From Sporopachydermia quercuum (lineage: Eukaryota): a stretch of 64,000 bases of DNA. The number at the start of each line of letters is the position of its first letter. Position 1 is the stretch's first letter. A model generated the notes under the pieces. That model was not told the origin of the DNA. It saw only the letters and a program-made list of their open reading frames with translations, and did not search any database. Location: positions 1 through 64,000 of the forward strand of contig BCGN01000012.1 in the NCBI GenBank assembly GCA_001599295.1. Reading direction: 5' to 3'. The position numbers were made by a program, and so were the translations under genes. This document shows, piece by piece, positions 12,231 through 25,000 of this stretch.

Positions 12231-15200
12231 CTATATACTTACCCTATTACCACTAGACTCCTCTATCACTTGTTTTATCCTACTCAAAAACTTTTCCCAT
12301 TCACTCAAATCTTCTTGTTGTTCCTGGGCAGTGTTAACAATATTCAACTCAATCGACCTGTATATCTCAACACATTTAACCCAATTGCCACTCTGTTTCA
12401 TCATCTCCACCAAATATGCTTCAACCAATAACATGTCTTGTTCCTTAGGTCCATTGATGGCAAACGAGTGTTCTATCCATTGATTTATCAACTGTTTCAC
12501 ACTAGCAAGTGATCTATGACCTTGAAACATATTTATCGTTTGCTCTCGTTGTCTGACTGATGACAACTCTACTAGTATGTTATGAACTGTTCTTTTTGAC
12601 TTTTCTTTCAACTTATTGCTTCTCATTCGTTTGATTCGTTCGGCTTCTCGTTGCTTTACTCTTGCTTCCCCCTTTGCTTGCTGGAGCTGCTGCTTTCTAA
12701 TATGCAGATCGTGAAGCACTTCTTGTTCAATTGAACTTGGAAGATTGTTTAGAACTTCTTGGTCTATTTCCAAACTATCAGTGTCAAGGTTGGGATCAGG
12801 CTTCTCATACAAAGGAGCTGCAGGACCAGAATCAGTATTGAAGTCATCATTTGAAATCATCATTAGATTTCTAAGAATATTCGCCTTGCTGATAGGATCG
12901 TCATCAATGCGCATTAAGCCGGGCTTGAGTCTTTTTCTCTTCGAAGACACATCAAACACAGGCAGATCATTGAAGGTTCTACCAGTAATCTTATTAGGAC
13001 TACTAGTACTTTTCCCAAAGCTGTTACTGCTATCCTTGAACTTCCTTGGTGATTGTTTACGTTTCGTTGGTGAGTTCGCAGCTCGCACTACTTCAAACAG
13101 TTCATTACCACCTGTGGGGAACAATACTTGTTTATACCTCAGTTTGGACGGAGTTGTAGTAGTAGAAGCACTCTTTTCACTGGAAATAACCAATACCTCT
13201 GGTTGTTCGTTTGGTGATGATGGTATTTCAATAGGAAAGGGTTCGTTTCCGTGATTACTCATTTTATTATCAACATTACTAACACTAGGAGAGGAACAAG
13301 AGAATGAATGTCTTCTTTTCAACTGTTTTCTTTTATGATATTCCTGCTGAATTTCTTCTGGGAACTCCACCAGAACAGACGTGTCAATTTGAGAAGGAAT
13401 AATGTACCCGTCAGCAGAATTGGTATCATATGGTGATGGCGGCACTTCAACAGTTTTTGCATTTGAAAGTCGTCTTTTCTTCACTGGATTACCCAATGCT
13501 ATTAGTTCCACATCGCCTCGTACCTCTTTAACCAACTGTTCGTCCCCCCTCTCCCTCCTATACACCTCAAACAATTTCCTCATATTATCTACCATTTTCT
13601 CTCCATTCTCTTTGTTCTGTTTCTTAAATGGGAGCTTCATTTGACCTGCTTCTCCTGTAGCTCCTACCCCACTGGAACCCCGCTCTAAATTACTCATCTG
13701 AATCCCGATCCCCCGCAGATCCTTGGCGGGGCAGCTTATCATCCGCAGCAACGATTTCACCTCACTAGATATAATACCAGTCTCCCGTGTCCCTACGCCT
13801 AATCGTGATGATTTGGTGAACACGTCGCACTCTCCACAGCCTAAATACTTAGGTGGTTCAATAGGGGCATTTCTGCTTCTTCTATACACTTTCAAACTGA
13901 CATAAGATCCTACAACGTCTATTGCTTTCATTCGATCGCTTACTTCTTGGCTCAAACTTTCAACAAACGTTTCAATTTGCGGATGGGTATCAAATCGAAT
14001 GCCCCAGTTAACTTCCACGCTCACGCTTTTTCTGGTCAAATTGTCTAGGTTATCAATACTCGTGTGGTCAATTCCTAAGGCATAATTGAACATTTTAGAG
14101 CCAGTCTTCCTTCCAAATGCTTTTATGAGCTTGTCTTGGCTGATATTTCTCAACTTCTTGATAGTTATTCTTCCGTTGGAGCCTCTGGTGCCTCTAGCAG
14201 TACTATACTTATTAATGCCTATTTCTTCAGTAAACTCTTCATACAATCTTCGTTCAATACTGGGACCAGCCCCGGGTAAGTTGATGACAGGGAAGTCAGC
14301 AATCTCGGACAATATATTATCGTTCAGGTAGTAAATTCCATTGGGTTTTGCTTTTCTGTTTGCCAGCTTCGCTAACAGAACGTTGTTGCCAATTCCAATA
14401 CTAACAGAACAACCTGTTTGGTTGAATATTGTTTGTTTCAATGATTTCGCTAAGGACAGTACTGCTGAAGCAGCAGTAGCAGTAGTAGCAGTAGTAGAGA
14501 TACTGGAACAGGAAGACTCCCCAAGAGGAAGTGGAATGGTGTTAATACAGTTAGTACAGTCAGCATTCTTGATAGTATCTTGATCGCAACTATCATTGTA
14601 GCTCTTACCTCTATGGTTCTTATCATTATTCTTCATACAAATGCTAGTAAAATCAACTAATGCTTCATCGATCGAAACTGGGAATAAACAATCAGGCTCA
14701 CTCGATAACAACAGTTCATACAAGCATCTAGAGGCTTGTTCATATACGTCAAATTTATAATCTAAACGAATCAATTCAGGACAAAGCTTCAATGCTGCTG
14801 TCATCCACATACCATTCTTAACCCCAAACCGTCTGGCGATATAATTGCAACTTGCAATCTCAGAAGATCTGGTTCCATAAGAAACACAGAACGGCCGTTT
14901 GTTCAGTAAATGTTTATATTGAGGATAACTCAGTACGGAAGCTGAGACAAAGAAACAATCGAAATCAACATGAAATATTACTTTCGAAGGAGTTGATGAT
15001 GTTAGAGGAAAGGGAATAGCAACTTTGTTTGATGGCTTGAGCGTGCTATTGGTACAGATGTTTCGAGGACATAATATAGTCTGGGATTTCCAGTTATTCG
15101 TTGTGATTTCAACAGGTTCAGCAGAGCTATCACTATCATTAGCATTATTGATGTTGATATTGCTAGTATTAATGTTCTCACAACTTTCAGAGCTCTCAAA

Positions 15201-17363
15201 GTTTTCAGTACGTGTTGCAGTTTTCATATGAATTGTTGCTCCTGTTTCCGTTCCTGGTACATTTATTCCTTTAATAATGTCCATGTCATCAGTAATTTCC
15301 TTATCTTTCCTTTCATTCTTTTCTGAATCTCTTTTTTCTTTCAGTTTCTTCAATGCCAACTGCTGGAATTCAGCACGCAAAGAAGCTTTCCAAGTACTCA
15401 AGTGATGAAGACGTGATTTGGCAAAATAGGATTTCAGAAAATCAGGATGTGTACATTCAAGTATTTTAGTCTGTTGCTGTTTTACAGGCAGTTCATTTGA
15501 TAGTTTCCTGGATGTGTTCTTATGAAGATTACTATTGGAATTGTCTGCTGAAGAAACTGCAGATTTGATATCAATAACTGGTGTTATGTTAGCAGTAATT
15601 TTGTTGTTATCTGGAATGGTACCATCATTATTACTATCATCATCAGCTCTTATTGCATTCTTTAAATGTGAATCAGCTCCTATACTTAAATTTTCAATAC
15701 TTCTAGGATCGATTCTGTCGCTAGCCGATACAGTTCTGCTACCTGTAAGACTATTGATAATAGGAGCTCCTTTCAGTTGATCTACTCGTTCTGCTCGTTG
15801 TTCAGCCGAGCGTTCGTTTGGTGATGTCGATTTGTTGGATATAAATTCAAGTGAAAAGGAGCTCCCATTAGAATGACCGTAGGTATGTCCATTTATTTGT
15901 TTATCTGTTTCTTTTGGTTTAGCAGTTGAAAAATCATCAGTTAAATCTGCATTACCAAAAGAAGAGTTAAATGAAAGATCATCAAAAGACGAAATGCTTG
16001 AAATATTGTTTCCTTTGCTGGTTTCCGCAGGGGATGCTATTGTTTCCGTTCCTGTGTTAGTTGTTTCTTTATCCGATATCTCTTCCGCTAGCTCTACAGG
16101 TATCTCTTCCAATATCTCTTCCGGGTTTTCCACCCAATTACTTTCATGCTGTGATTGACTCAATGAAGAGAAAAGGATCTCCTCTGCACCAATAAACGTG
16201 TTTTTATTGCTTTTATGAATTTTCGGAGTAACTGCGGAATTTTTATTATCTCCAAAATCCTTCCCGAGATCCGTTCCGTGATTCTCTTCCATCCCCGATA
16301 ATTCTTCCGCAATTTCGAAGTCGTCTTCACTAGGAGAATCCCACGTAGAGTCCAGCATTTGTTCGATTTCCGACAATTCTAAGGTTAGTTTTAATGAATC
16401 GGTTGGAGATTTCGGAGGATTTACAGGGATATCGGAAACTATGGTAGGGATCTGCTCAGAGGAAATATCGGAAATGTTACCTGGTTCAGTGATAGAATGA
16501 TTGATGCGTGAAGATGCTAGGCGGGTTAAATCAGAAGCGGTAGTGACCACAGCATCAGGATTGGGAGGATTAGGAGCCTTATCTGAGACGGGTTGTGATA
16601 CAGTTCCATTTTGGAACGTACTTGCAGCCCCCGCTTCTAAATAAGGCTTTCCGGGCACTGATTTTGTGGTGGTTTCTAAGTCATTTGTCTCACTAGTCAT
16701 TTGCCCCCTTTTCGGNGCCTCCTGAGCCAGGTTCTCCACTTTTGATCCATTATTCACAAAACTAGCAATGTATTTCTGACCATATTCAGTAGAAATAACC
16801 CGATAGCTCCGCCAATCAAGCACCCGTCGTTCCCGAACAGAGTCAATAATCCATTCTGGACGCACAACTTTATATTTGGCAAATTCCACCGCCTTCTTCT
16901 TTGTCAGATTACTAGCTATTATATGAGTCACAGCCTTCTTTCCTGTCATATACCGTAGAAACGTCCCGCCATGAAGTACTATAATCTTGCCTAGATCTTG
17001 TAGACTAGGACGTGTATAACCGTTAATTGATATTATGTAACCTTTGAACAAGCTGGGACATAATAGATTCGTGACATTCACCTTGTCATAGCTACCAAGT
17101 CTCAAATGCTCATTTTCTATTTGTTCCCTGAGATGTGACAATCTTATTTGTAGGTCTTCCTTCTGTTGTTTGATTGCTTTGTTTTGTATGTATTTGCCAA
17201 ATTCACCAAAGTGAATTGGCTCATGTTCGGGGCTATTATCGTTATCACCGCTCTGTAGAAGTTTGTCAGAGTTCTCTAACAGAGATAATAAATAGTTTTG
17301 GTCCTGAAGAATGTGGTGATTGTCTTGGTTTTTGTGTTTGTTATGTCTATTTGATTGTGACAT
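12231..17363 (-). CDS. REV1: Y-family translesion polymerase / dCMP transferase Rev1
   Basis: 1710-aa ORF with an N-terminal BRCT domain (INGYT...THIIASNL...VRPEWI), N-digit SRLHHLSTWK, catalytic FHVDFDCFF and SIDEA, little-finger RKSVSVEVNWGIRF, and UBM-like (IDQEVLNNLP) and C-terminal domains. Confidence 0.95.
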   Translation of the reverse strand: MSQSNRHNKHKNQDNHHILQDQNYLLSLLENSDKLLQSGDNDNSPEHEPIHFGEFGKYIQNKAIKQQKEDLQIRLSHLREQIENEHLRLGSYDKVNVTNLLCPSLFKGYIISINGYTRPSLQDLGKIIVLHGGTFLRYMTGKKAVTHIIASNLTKKKAVEFAKYKVVRPEWIIDSVRERRVLDWRSYRVISTEYGQKYIASFVNNGSKVENLAQEXPKRGQMTSETNDLETTTKSVPGKPYLEAGAASTFQNGTVSQPVSDKAPNPPNPDAVVTTASDLTRLASSRINHSITEPGNISDISSEQIPTIVSDIPVNPPKSPTDSLKLTLELSEIEQMLDSTWDSPSEDDFEIAEELSGMEENHGTDLGKDFGDNKNSAVTPKIHKSNKNTFIGAEEILFSSLSQSQHESNWVENPEEILEEIPVELAEEISDKETTNTGTETIASPAETSKGNNISSISSFDDLSFNSSFGNADLTDDFSTAKPKETDKQINGHTYGHSNGSSFSLEFISNKSTSPNERSAEQRAERVDQLKGAPIINSLTGSRTVSASDRIDPRSIENLSIGADSHLKNAIRADDDSNNDGTIPDNNKITANITPVIDIKSAVSSADNSNSNLHKNTSRKLSNELPVKQQQTKILECTHPDFLKSYFAKSRLHHLSTWKASLRAEFQQLALKKLKEKRDSEKNERKDKEITDDMDIIKGINVPGTETGATIHMKTATRTENFESSESCENINTSNININNANDSDSSAEPVEITTNNWKSQTILCPRNICTNSTLKPSNKVAIPFPLTSSTPSKVIFHVDFDCFFVSASVLSYPQYKHLLNKRPFCVSYGTRSSEIASCNYIARRFGVKNGMWMTAALKLCPELIRLDYKFDVYEQASRCLYELLLSSEPDCLFPVSIDEALVDFTSICMKNNDKNHRGKSYNDSCDQDTIKNADCTNCINTIPLPLGESSCSSISTTATTATAASAVLSLAKSLKQTIFNQTGCSVSIGIGNNVLLAKLANRKAKPNGIYYLNDNILSEIADFPVINLPGAGPSIERRLYEEFTEEIGINKYSTARGTRGSNGRITIKKLRNISQDKLIKAFGRKTGSKMFNYALGIDHTSIDNLDNLTRKSVSVEVNWGIRFDTHPQIETFVESLSQEVSDRMKAIDVVGSYVSLKVYRRSRNAPIEPPKYLGCGECDVFTKSSRLGVGTRETGIISSEVKSLLRMISCPAKDLRGIGIQMSNLERGSSGVGATGEAGQMKLPFKKQNKENGEKMVDNMRKLFEVYRRERGDEQLVKEVRGDVELIALGNPVKKRRLSNAKTVEVPPSPYDTNSADGYIIPSQIDTSVLVEFPEEIQQEYHKRKQLKRRHSFSCSSPSVSNVDNKMSNHGNEPFPIEIPSSPNEQPEVLVISSEKSASTTTTPSKLRYKQVLFPTGGNELFEVVRAANSPTKRKQSPRKFKDSSNSFGKSTSSPNKITGRTFNDLPVFDVSSKRKRLKPGLMRIDDDPISKANILRNLMMISNDDFNTDSGPAAPLYEKPDPNLDTDSLEIDQEVLNNLPSSIEQEVLHDLHIRKQQLQQAKGEARVKQREAERIKRMRSNKLKEKSKRTVHNILVELSSVRQREQTINMFQGHRSLASVKQLINQWIEHSFAINGPKEQDMLLVEAYLVEMMKQSGNWVKCVEIYRSIELNIVNTAQEQQEDLSEWEKFLSRIKQVIEESSGNRVSI

Positions 17364-18561
17364 TGATGATAAATTATGATCTATTGATTAGATGGATGGA
17401 TGGATACGAAGCTATTAAGACATGATGAGCGGTAAAAAATGACATATTACAATTGTACCCCGTTTCTTGGGTGAATACTTGTTGAATAAGAGAGAGGAGG
17501 TTGGTTTTCCTGATTCTATAGCATGCAACTTGTGTGCCATTAGCAGAATAGTAAGGGAAGGAAAGAGACGTCGAAAGGCAAGAAATGAGATTTTGTGTTT
17601 TTTCTATGTCTGAGAAACTTAAGGTTTCAGTTGAATAATATTAAGGTTATGATGCACTGCATAAATATGTGAGAAAAAGCATTTAGCTTTTCACAGTTTA
17701 TTTCAAAATACCGAGATGAGTTCAAATGTCATAGAATAATTGGAGATAATGCTATCTTATTTAATAGTAGAGAGAACGAGGAAGCTTAGTCATAAAAGTG
17801 ATATTACTGTAGAAACTACCCCTTGATTTTACTGTAGGAGTAGTGATTTTGGGAGTTCTATCCTCAACCGAAAGTCCTCTGGAAATAGCTGGCAGATTCT
17901 TCACTGAAAACTCAGCTTGATGAGTTTTAATTCAATATAATTTGAGTCCTTAACCTTTCTTCAGTTTATTGTACTTGCCTTGCCTTATTTGACTAGTTAC
18001 CTACATTCCAGAAAGTATTGATTGTAATTTTCATGCCTATTCAATTGCTTTGGCTGGTAAACTTCTTTCAGTAAAGTTCAAACTCTAAATTCACAATATG
18101 CATTATTATGCATATAATAAAATTCAAGTATGTCAAAGGGTATTCTTAAGTTAGTAACGCTTTTCACTGAAACAGCCTTTCAACAGTTAGTCACTCTTCT
18201 GAATATAAAACATTCCCAGTAACCAATAATTAAACTTTTACTTCAAGCAATTTATTGAAAAGATCTACTTTTTATTGCCAAACATCCAGTTACTCGATTC
18301 TGACTGACTATAGCAAGCACCTGTGATCGGCCACACATTTAAATTAAGCTTTTTGAACTCTAAACTCAAATATCTTTCCCAAACCTTATTTATAAGGCTT
18401 TTTCGAAACATCTCATTTTCATGCTATTTCGAAACTAATCCTTCCATTTTGCTCACACCAAATTGTCTACGATTCCACTAATCAAAACTCATTCATTATT
18501 CATTGATATTCTCATACAAATTACGTAAACAATACTATCTAATCAACCGCACCATAAACAC

Positions 18562-20891
18562 TTATTTCTTAGCAGAATGAACGACACTGATGATATGGTC
18601 AACAACCTCAGGATTAGATAAGGTAGAAACATCACCTAGTTGATCTTCTTCTCCTGACAAAACCTTTCTTAAAATACGTCTCATAATCTTACCAGATCTT
18701 GTCTTTGGCAAATCAGAAACAAGCAAAATATTCTTAGGAGCAGCAAACGGTCCAATCTCCTTACGGACAGTCAAAACAAGTTCCTTCTTAGTTGCTGCTT
18801 CATCGCTAGTAGCAGTTTTCAAAGAAACAAAAGCATTGACAGCTTGTCCAGTCAATTCATCGGCAATACCAACAACGGCTGATTCAGCAACTTGAGGATG
18901 TTCCAATAAAGCCGATTCAATCTCAGCAGTGGATAACCTATGTCCTGACACATTGACAACATCATCAACTCTTCCTCTAATCCAGTAGAATCCATCGTGG
19001 TCACGGCCTGCACCATCACCAGTGAAATAATACCCAGGATATGGGTTAAGATAGGTATCCATATATCTAGAGTGTGAGTTCCAGACAGTTCTGGCAACTG
19101 AAGGCCAAGGAGTTCTAATTGCCAAGACACCCTCGACATCATTGCCTTTTAATTCTTCACCAGAGACGGGATCCATGATAACAGGATCAATTCCAAACAT
19201 TGGGAAAGTAGCAGAACCAGGCTTAGTTGGAGTGACACCTCCTAAAGGTGTGATGATATGAGAGCCAGTCTCTGTTTGCCAGTAGGTATCAACGATATGA
19301 CATTTCTTCTTACCAATTACTTCATTGTACCAAGTCCAAACTTCAGCAGCAATTGGCTCACCGACAGAGCCTAAAAGTCTTAAAGATGATAAGTCATGGT
19401 GGATGTGTTTATCACCAGCGCGCTTTAATAATCTCAAAGCAGTTGGGGCAACGTAGAATTGGCTTACTTTGTAAGCATCAACAATGTCCCAGTATCTAGA
19501 AAAGTTGGGATAAGCAGGAGTTCCTTCAAATACAACCGTGGTAGCACCAAGTAATAATGGACCGTACAAAACATAAGTATGGCCAGTAATCCAACCCACA
19601 TCACCAGCGCAGAAGAAAGTATCATCAGCATGGATATCAAAGGTGTATTTAGATGTTAAAGCAGCGCCAAGCAAATAACCGGCTGTCGAATGAACGACAC
19701 CCTTAGGGGAACCAGTAGATCCAGAGGTATAAAGTAAGAAAATAGGATCTTCAGAGTTAACGGGAACAGGAGCGAAATATGGTCTATATTTCGTGACTTC
19801 TTCATGCCACCAGACATCTCTACCTTTAATGAAAGGAATGTTTGCGCCAGTTCTTTTGAAGACAAGGCAATGTCTTACGTCAGGACACTGTTTTAAAGCC
19901 TCATCGACAATTTTCTTGGTTTCAATTACTTTACCGCCACGCTTTGATTCATCAGTAGTAATGACGACTCTGGAATCAGCGTCTAATATTCTGTCTCTGA
20001 GAGAACCAGATGAGAAACCAGCAAAAACAACAGAGTGCACAGCACCAACTCTTGTAATAGCAAGCAAAGTTACAATGACTTCAGGAATCATTGGCAAGTA
20101 AACAGCAACAGTGTCACCTTTCTTAACGCCTAAGCTGGTTAAAGTGTGCGCGACACGGGACACTTCGGACAATAATTCACCATATGTGATTTTTCTGCCC
20201 TCGCCGGGCTCGTCAGCCTCGTAGATGATTGCGACTTTGTCAGGGTTTTCGAAAGCATGCCTATCGATACAGTTATAAGAAGCATTTAATTCACCTTCAA
20301 CGAACCAAGAGATGTTACCATTCTTGAAGTCACCGTTGCTTGTCTTGGTGAAGTCCTTGCTGAAATGGAGTAGTTCTCTCGCTTGTCTAGCAAAGAATTC
20401 GTCAGGGTTGCTAATTGATTGATCGTAGAGCTTCTTGTATTCTTCGAAAGAAGTTAGATAAGCTTGTCCTGGGTGATTCCTAGTAGGATTGTTAGTAAGA
20501 GCGAAAAGCTAATGGAAAGTGACGACAAGACAGAATAGAAAATAAAGGTGAATTGATAGCGTTCTCTGAAGTTTTATTGGTAAAATCTGGGGAATAAAGT
20601 TAAGGTTTTAATTCAATGATCATCGGAAAATTCTTGTAGAACTTAATTTAAAACCTTAGACTTGTCATTGTAGGGTTAGTGGATAAATAAAAGGCAAGGC
20701 ATAATTGTTCATAGTACAGTGAGAAGCAGGACAAATCAACCAGTAATTATTGAATAACTGTCACTTCAGACAGTTTGATAGTCAAAAGGAGTAACTTACT
20801 TGTGGAACTCTCTTGGGACGTTGTATGTTATAACATTGTGAGCTTCAGCGACAACTGGAGTCTTTGGATTGCCGTTACCGTTCTCAGCCAT
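18562..20891 (-). CDS. ACS2: Acetyl-CoA synthetase, ACS2 type (two exons, about 669 aa)
   Basis: Exon 1 is 20891..20800. Intron 20799..20480 has GTAAGT, TACTAAC at 20497..20491 and TAG. Exon 2 is 20479..18562. Motifs [18 protein letters not shown] and [11 protein letters not shown] are present. The short N-terminus VVAEAHNV resembles Acs2 rather than Acs1. Confidence 0.93.
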
Positions 20892-22021
20892 TTCAATTAT
20901 TCAATAAATAGTAGTATTGGTTGGTGTAAAGTAAACTAGAACAAGTTCTTGTTCTGTGTTGAGAGGAGTATGCTTTAGTTGAGTTACAGATCAAAGAAAA
21001 GAACACNGGTGCTTTGCTTAATTTGTTCTGCTTGGTTAGTTGTTGGAAAAAGAGATTACTACTAAGAAAGAGGTAGTGAATAATCAATAAGGAAAGATTG
21101 GATAAAACAAGAGGAAGAGGAATCAAAGGTCTTTTTATATCGTTGGAAGTAATTAAGTTTGATTCTGTAAAGTTTATTTTTTGGGGAAGTGAACTTTATT
21201 TTTGCTGTGTTCAGTTATTAATTACTGGGGATTGATTGAGATNAGGTTGAAAATCTATGTGAGGGAAAGATTTACCTGCATGAAGGACATTTAGAATAGC
21301 TCTTGAATGTACGTATTTCTGATGGCGATTCAGTTCATAAAAAAGGTGTAGGCATAACTAAGCATCAGTATGTAAAGTGAGTAGGATAAAGTTTACTAGT
21401 ATATGACGAAGACTAATCATACCTGTTTGTAAGGTGTTCAGCAAACTTCTGTGGTAAAGCATTAGCAGTATTAGAAGCTTGCTTAGTTTATTAAACAGAC
21501 ACCTGACACTTTCAGACTGCTGAACGTAGTTATAGTAATTACTGCAGCAATTAAACAATCCATATGAGCGACAATGAGGAAACGGCTGATTAATTGGATA
21601 AAACTTTACCAATTGAGGGTTTCTCCGCGTTTCAAAATCCACTAAATACAAAAAAAAACCAAGTAACTCTAAATAAAGTTCCATTGAACTATACCTTTTA
21701 ACGAGGAGCTTTCCCGTTGGTCCAGGATGAAGATTCATAAATTCATAGTAGAGGAAAGAGATAGAAGCATTGATGAAAAAAAATGGCATCAAATTACAGA
21801 GAATAACACTTATTGTACTCAAAATACTTTGGTAATTTGTATGAATTAATCTATGATTGCTTCTCCAACTATAAGTCTTGCTGTGTTTTCAGTGTGTCAA
21901 ACAACAGATCTTCAATTAAGGTTTGTGCAATAAAGGTGTACCCCAGATTAAAACCTTAAAGAGGGGAAGTGATCAACAACCACTTTTAGAGCACTTGAAT
22001 AACAAACGATGATAATAATTA

Positions 22022-22048
22022 GAATGAGGGACAAGGAATGAGGGACAA
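22022..22048 (+). repeat. Short tandem duplication GAATGAGGGACAA x2
   Basis: Two exact 13-nt copies separated by one base in the ACS2-FLC intergenic region. Confidence 0.8.
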
Positions 22049-25000
22049 CTAAAAATTTACGTTAATAACAGCGGAGTTGATTAGTTGAAGCAGATGTAGA
22101 GGGGTATAAGATGGTCTACCTACTTGAATAAGCAATGAGGGTAAGTATTAGTCTAGTTCTTAAGTGGGGCGTTTTTAAAGTTGTTGGAGGGGTAAAGAGA
22201 GAAACATTGTTCTTCTNTTCATGTCTTGTCATGGAAGGATCACTGAAAAATTATGACACTGCGAATAGAATTCGCAAGACAGATATGAACTGGAATGTGT
22301 CCTCACACAAATTATTACAGTGGGGAAAACATTGGCATAAGAGATGCATAAGAACTAACTAAGTCAACAAATGGAAGTCTGGGTGAAGTTGGCTCTTCCT
22401 CTTTCTACAACACATCCTTATTTAGAAAGTAGTGATGACAATTGAGTACAAAAAGAAATTGGTTGATTTCAATATTGAATTTCATATTCCCTGTTTATTT
22501 ATTCAACTGAATCGTTGTAGATTGTTCTCTGTATTGTATGTAGTATTGGTAAGTATCCTAAACTAAGTTCGAAAGGGTCTACCCCGCATCATGCATATTC
22601 TAGATGTGTGTCTTCATTTCTTCTTTTCATGTCATGCCAATGTCACTTGTTTCACCACAATTTATTTACAATATCGCCATAAGCCCCATTCTATTTTTCT
22701 ATTACTAGGAAGCAATATTGGTGATAATGCATGCATAAAGCTTGTTAATTCCTATTGTAGCTTACTCATTGGTTCACTATCATGTTTGTTCCCCTCATAA
22801 TTTATCTCAATAGAGGTATACAAACGAATGTCCCCTCTGTTTAATTCCTCAAGAGGATGTTACCAGTTTCTTCATATCGGAGATGTCGAAAGAGAAAGTT
22901 TGAAGGCACCTACCAAAAAAGTCGGACAATTCGGAGCGATGTTGTGTATTTCATGATAAAATAGATTTTTTGTTTATAGCCTTTACTTTGATAGTAATCT
23001 AGTCTTATAGAAGGAAGCTATATAATGATACGTATTAATAATAGGGAGGAGATCTATATCCTCATGACCAGTTTACTATAAAGTTCCTTACAACCTTGTC
23101 TTAGAAGTAGTGAAGAACAGATCAATGAGCCTGTTATCAATTGTTGAGCCAAAACATATGGTGAACCAGAAGCTATTTAAAATCATTGTGACGCTTATAT
23201 CCTTTTATCTTTTACTTTATCTTTAACAACTTCAAGATCATCAAAGACCTTGAAGGACCTTGAAATATAAATGTCATGTGACAAGTCACGATATATTAAT
23301 AGGCAATTGCCAACGTACAGTGAAGTCCAAAAAAGGACAGGAATACATAGCAATGCATGAGAACTCAAAACATGGCTAGAAATCTGACACGTTATACACA
23401 AACAAATACAAAATTAATCTATAATAATATAAATTTTATTTTCAAATAAGTTCTTTCGAAGTAGCAGTAAACGCAATAAATGAATGGTTGAAAATAGAAT
23501 GGAAGAGCTTAGTATTGTGGTGAGACGTTATGTCATGTTATTGACGGGTGACATCTAATCTATTTTTGGAACAAAAAAATTCATTTCTTGGTAGCGATTC
23601 TCTGCTGAAACTTGGGTGGGCACANTTGGGACAATTCTTCAGGTACCATCCATAATCAAACAACTTTATTGATCATCAAGATCATCAGAGGAGATGAAGC
23701 GGACAGATTCTTAGACGAGAAAAGGTGGGTATAGTAGAAATGGTTTATTTGATGACTGGATATACTAAGGAATACTTTTTCGCAAGTGTGATGGTGTTAA
23801 ATTGACTGTACCAGAGTCGAGTGATCCTTCAATTGAGTCAGTCAATGGTACGGCAGAAATGCCATATAGATACATTTGCCATTTCTCTGTATTTTTTCAT
23901 ATCCCCATATCAGTTGGAACTTTAGTCCAAATAAGGTGAATCATCTCAATTGACAGTAAAAATAAGACAGTTGTATCTGTAGAAGTAATCAGACAGATAC
24001 ATAGAGTGATTGCTCAAGGATAGCGGTTTTACGACCATAGGGACAATGGCTATGGCGGTCAAAGCAAGTTAATTTTAGAAGTTAAGGATAATGCAATGAA
24101 GATAATCTTTTTATATCTTGAAGTGTACATTTAGGAATATGTAATGATGAGTGAGAAAATCAGACCGTTCTTCTACAGTTACAACAAACCAGATACAGTA
24201 AATTGCCGTATCATATTTTAAATACTTAATCACAGCAGTCTGGCGACCATGNGTCCTGATAAAGCTACTTCACAATAGTGATAGAAATACTCTTTTGATA
24301 TTATTTAGGGATAGTTAGTTTCACTAAGAATATTGAGAGAATATTGGGAGAGTTTATTTATAGACAGTCAAACGGTTTTCATTATTAAAGTGATCTCCTC
24401 CAGATCATGCACATTAGAGTTGGAGATGCTCTTGTAAGTTACCGTTTCTGAGTTAACATCTCTGCAACTGGCTGCGGCATACAGCTAAGGTTAAAACTCA
24501 AACTTTATTTGGATTGCTGCTATCAGAGTGTGTCCCAATAAATAAAGCAGATTTATGAGGTTAACAATTATAGTCCAGCAAATAACGTTAGAATGTGATT
24601 CCATAGATCAAACTCTTATAAAAATACACTTCCTGGCTACTATTTTAAGATCACTGGGATGATAATCATTGTATTTTCTTGCACTACGCAAAAATTAAAC
24701 TTTGCTTCTAATTCATGTCTGTTCCTGCAGAGCTTCGAATTCTAAAACCTTGATATCTTCTTATTTTTTTCCTTCTTCTGTTTCTTTCACCATTCATTTN
24801 GGGATCCTGGCTCATTTCTACAATTCCAAATAAATCAAAGGCACTCTAATAGATTTTTGAATCTCAGTACTTTTTTCTGTCGCCCTGCTTTTTAAACACT
24901 TCAATCAGTTCAATACTGCTCTTTTTCTCCAACTCAAAAATCGTAAATTGGGAACTCAAAATCTCTACTCTAGCAAACCTTATTGCCTACCGGACAGCTT

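Noticed and set aside
12130..17425. Antisense ORFs over REV1, and similar ones over other genes
   Set aside because: Shadow frames of real genes with no independent coding signal.
17870..17882. GAAAGTCCTCTGG resembling RNase P/MRP conserved region I
   Set aside because: No matching CR-V partner for the P4 helix found downstream.
21358..21822. 154-aa minus-strand ORF upstream of ACS2
   Set aside because: TTG start, no motifs, composition typical of translated promoter DNA.
22940..23460. Possible solo LTR starting TGTTG
   Set aside because: No matching CA end with a target-site duplication and no second copy in the window.
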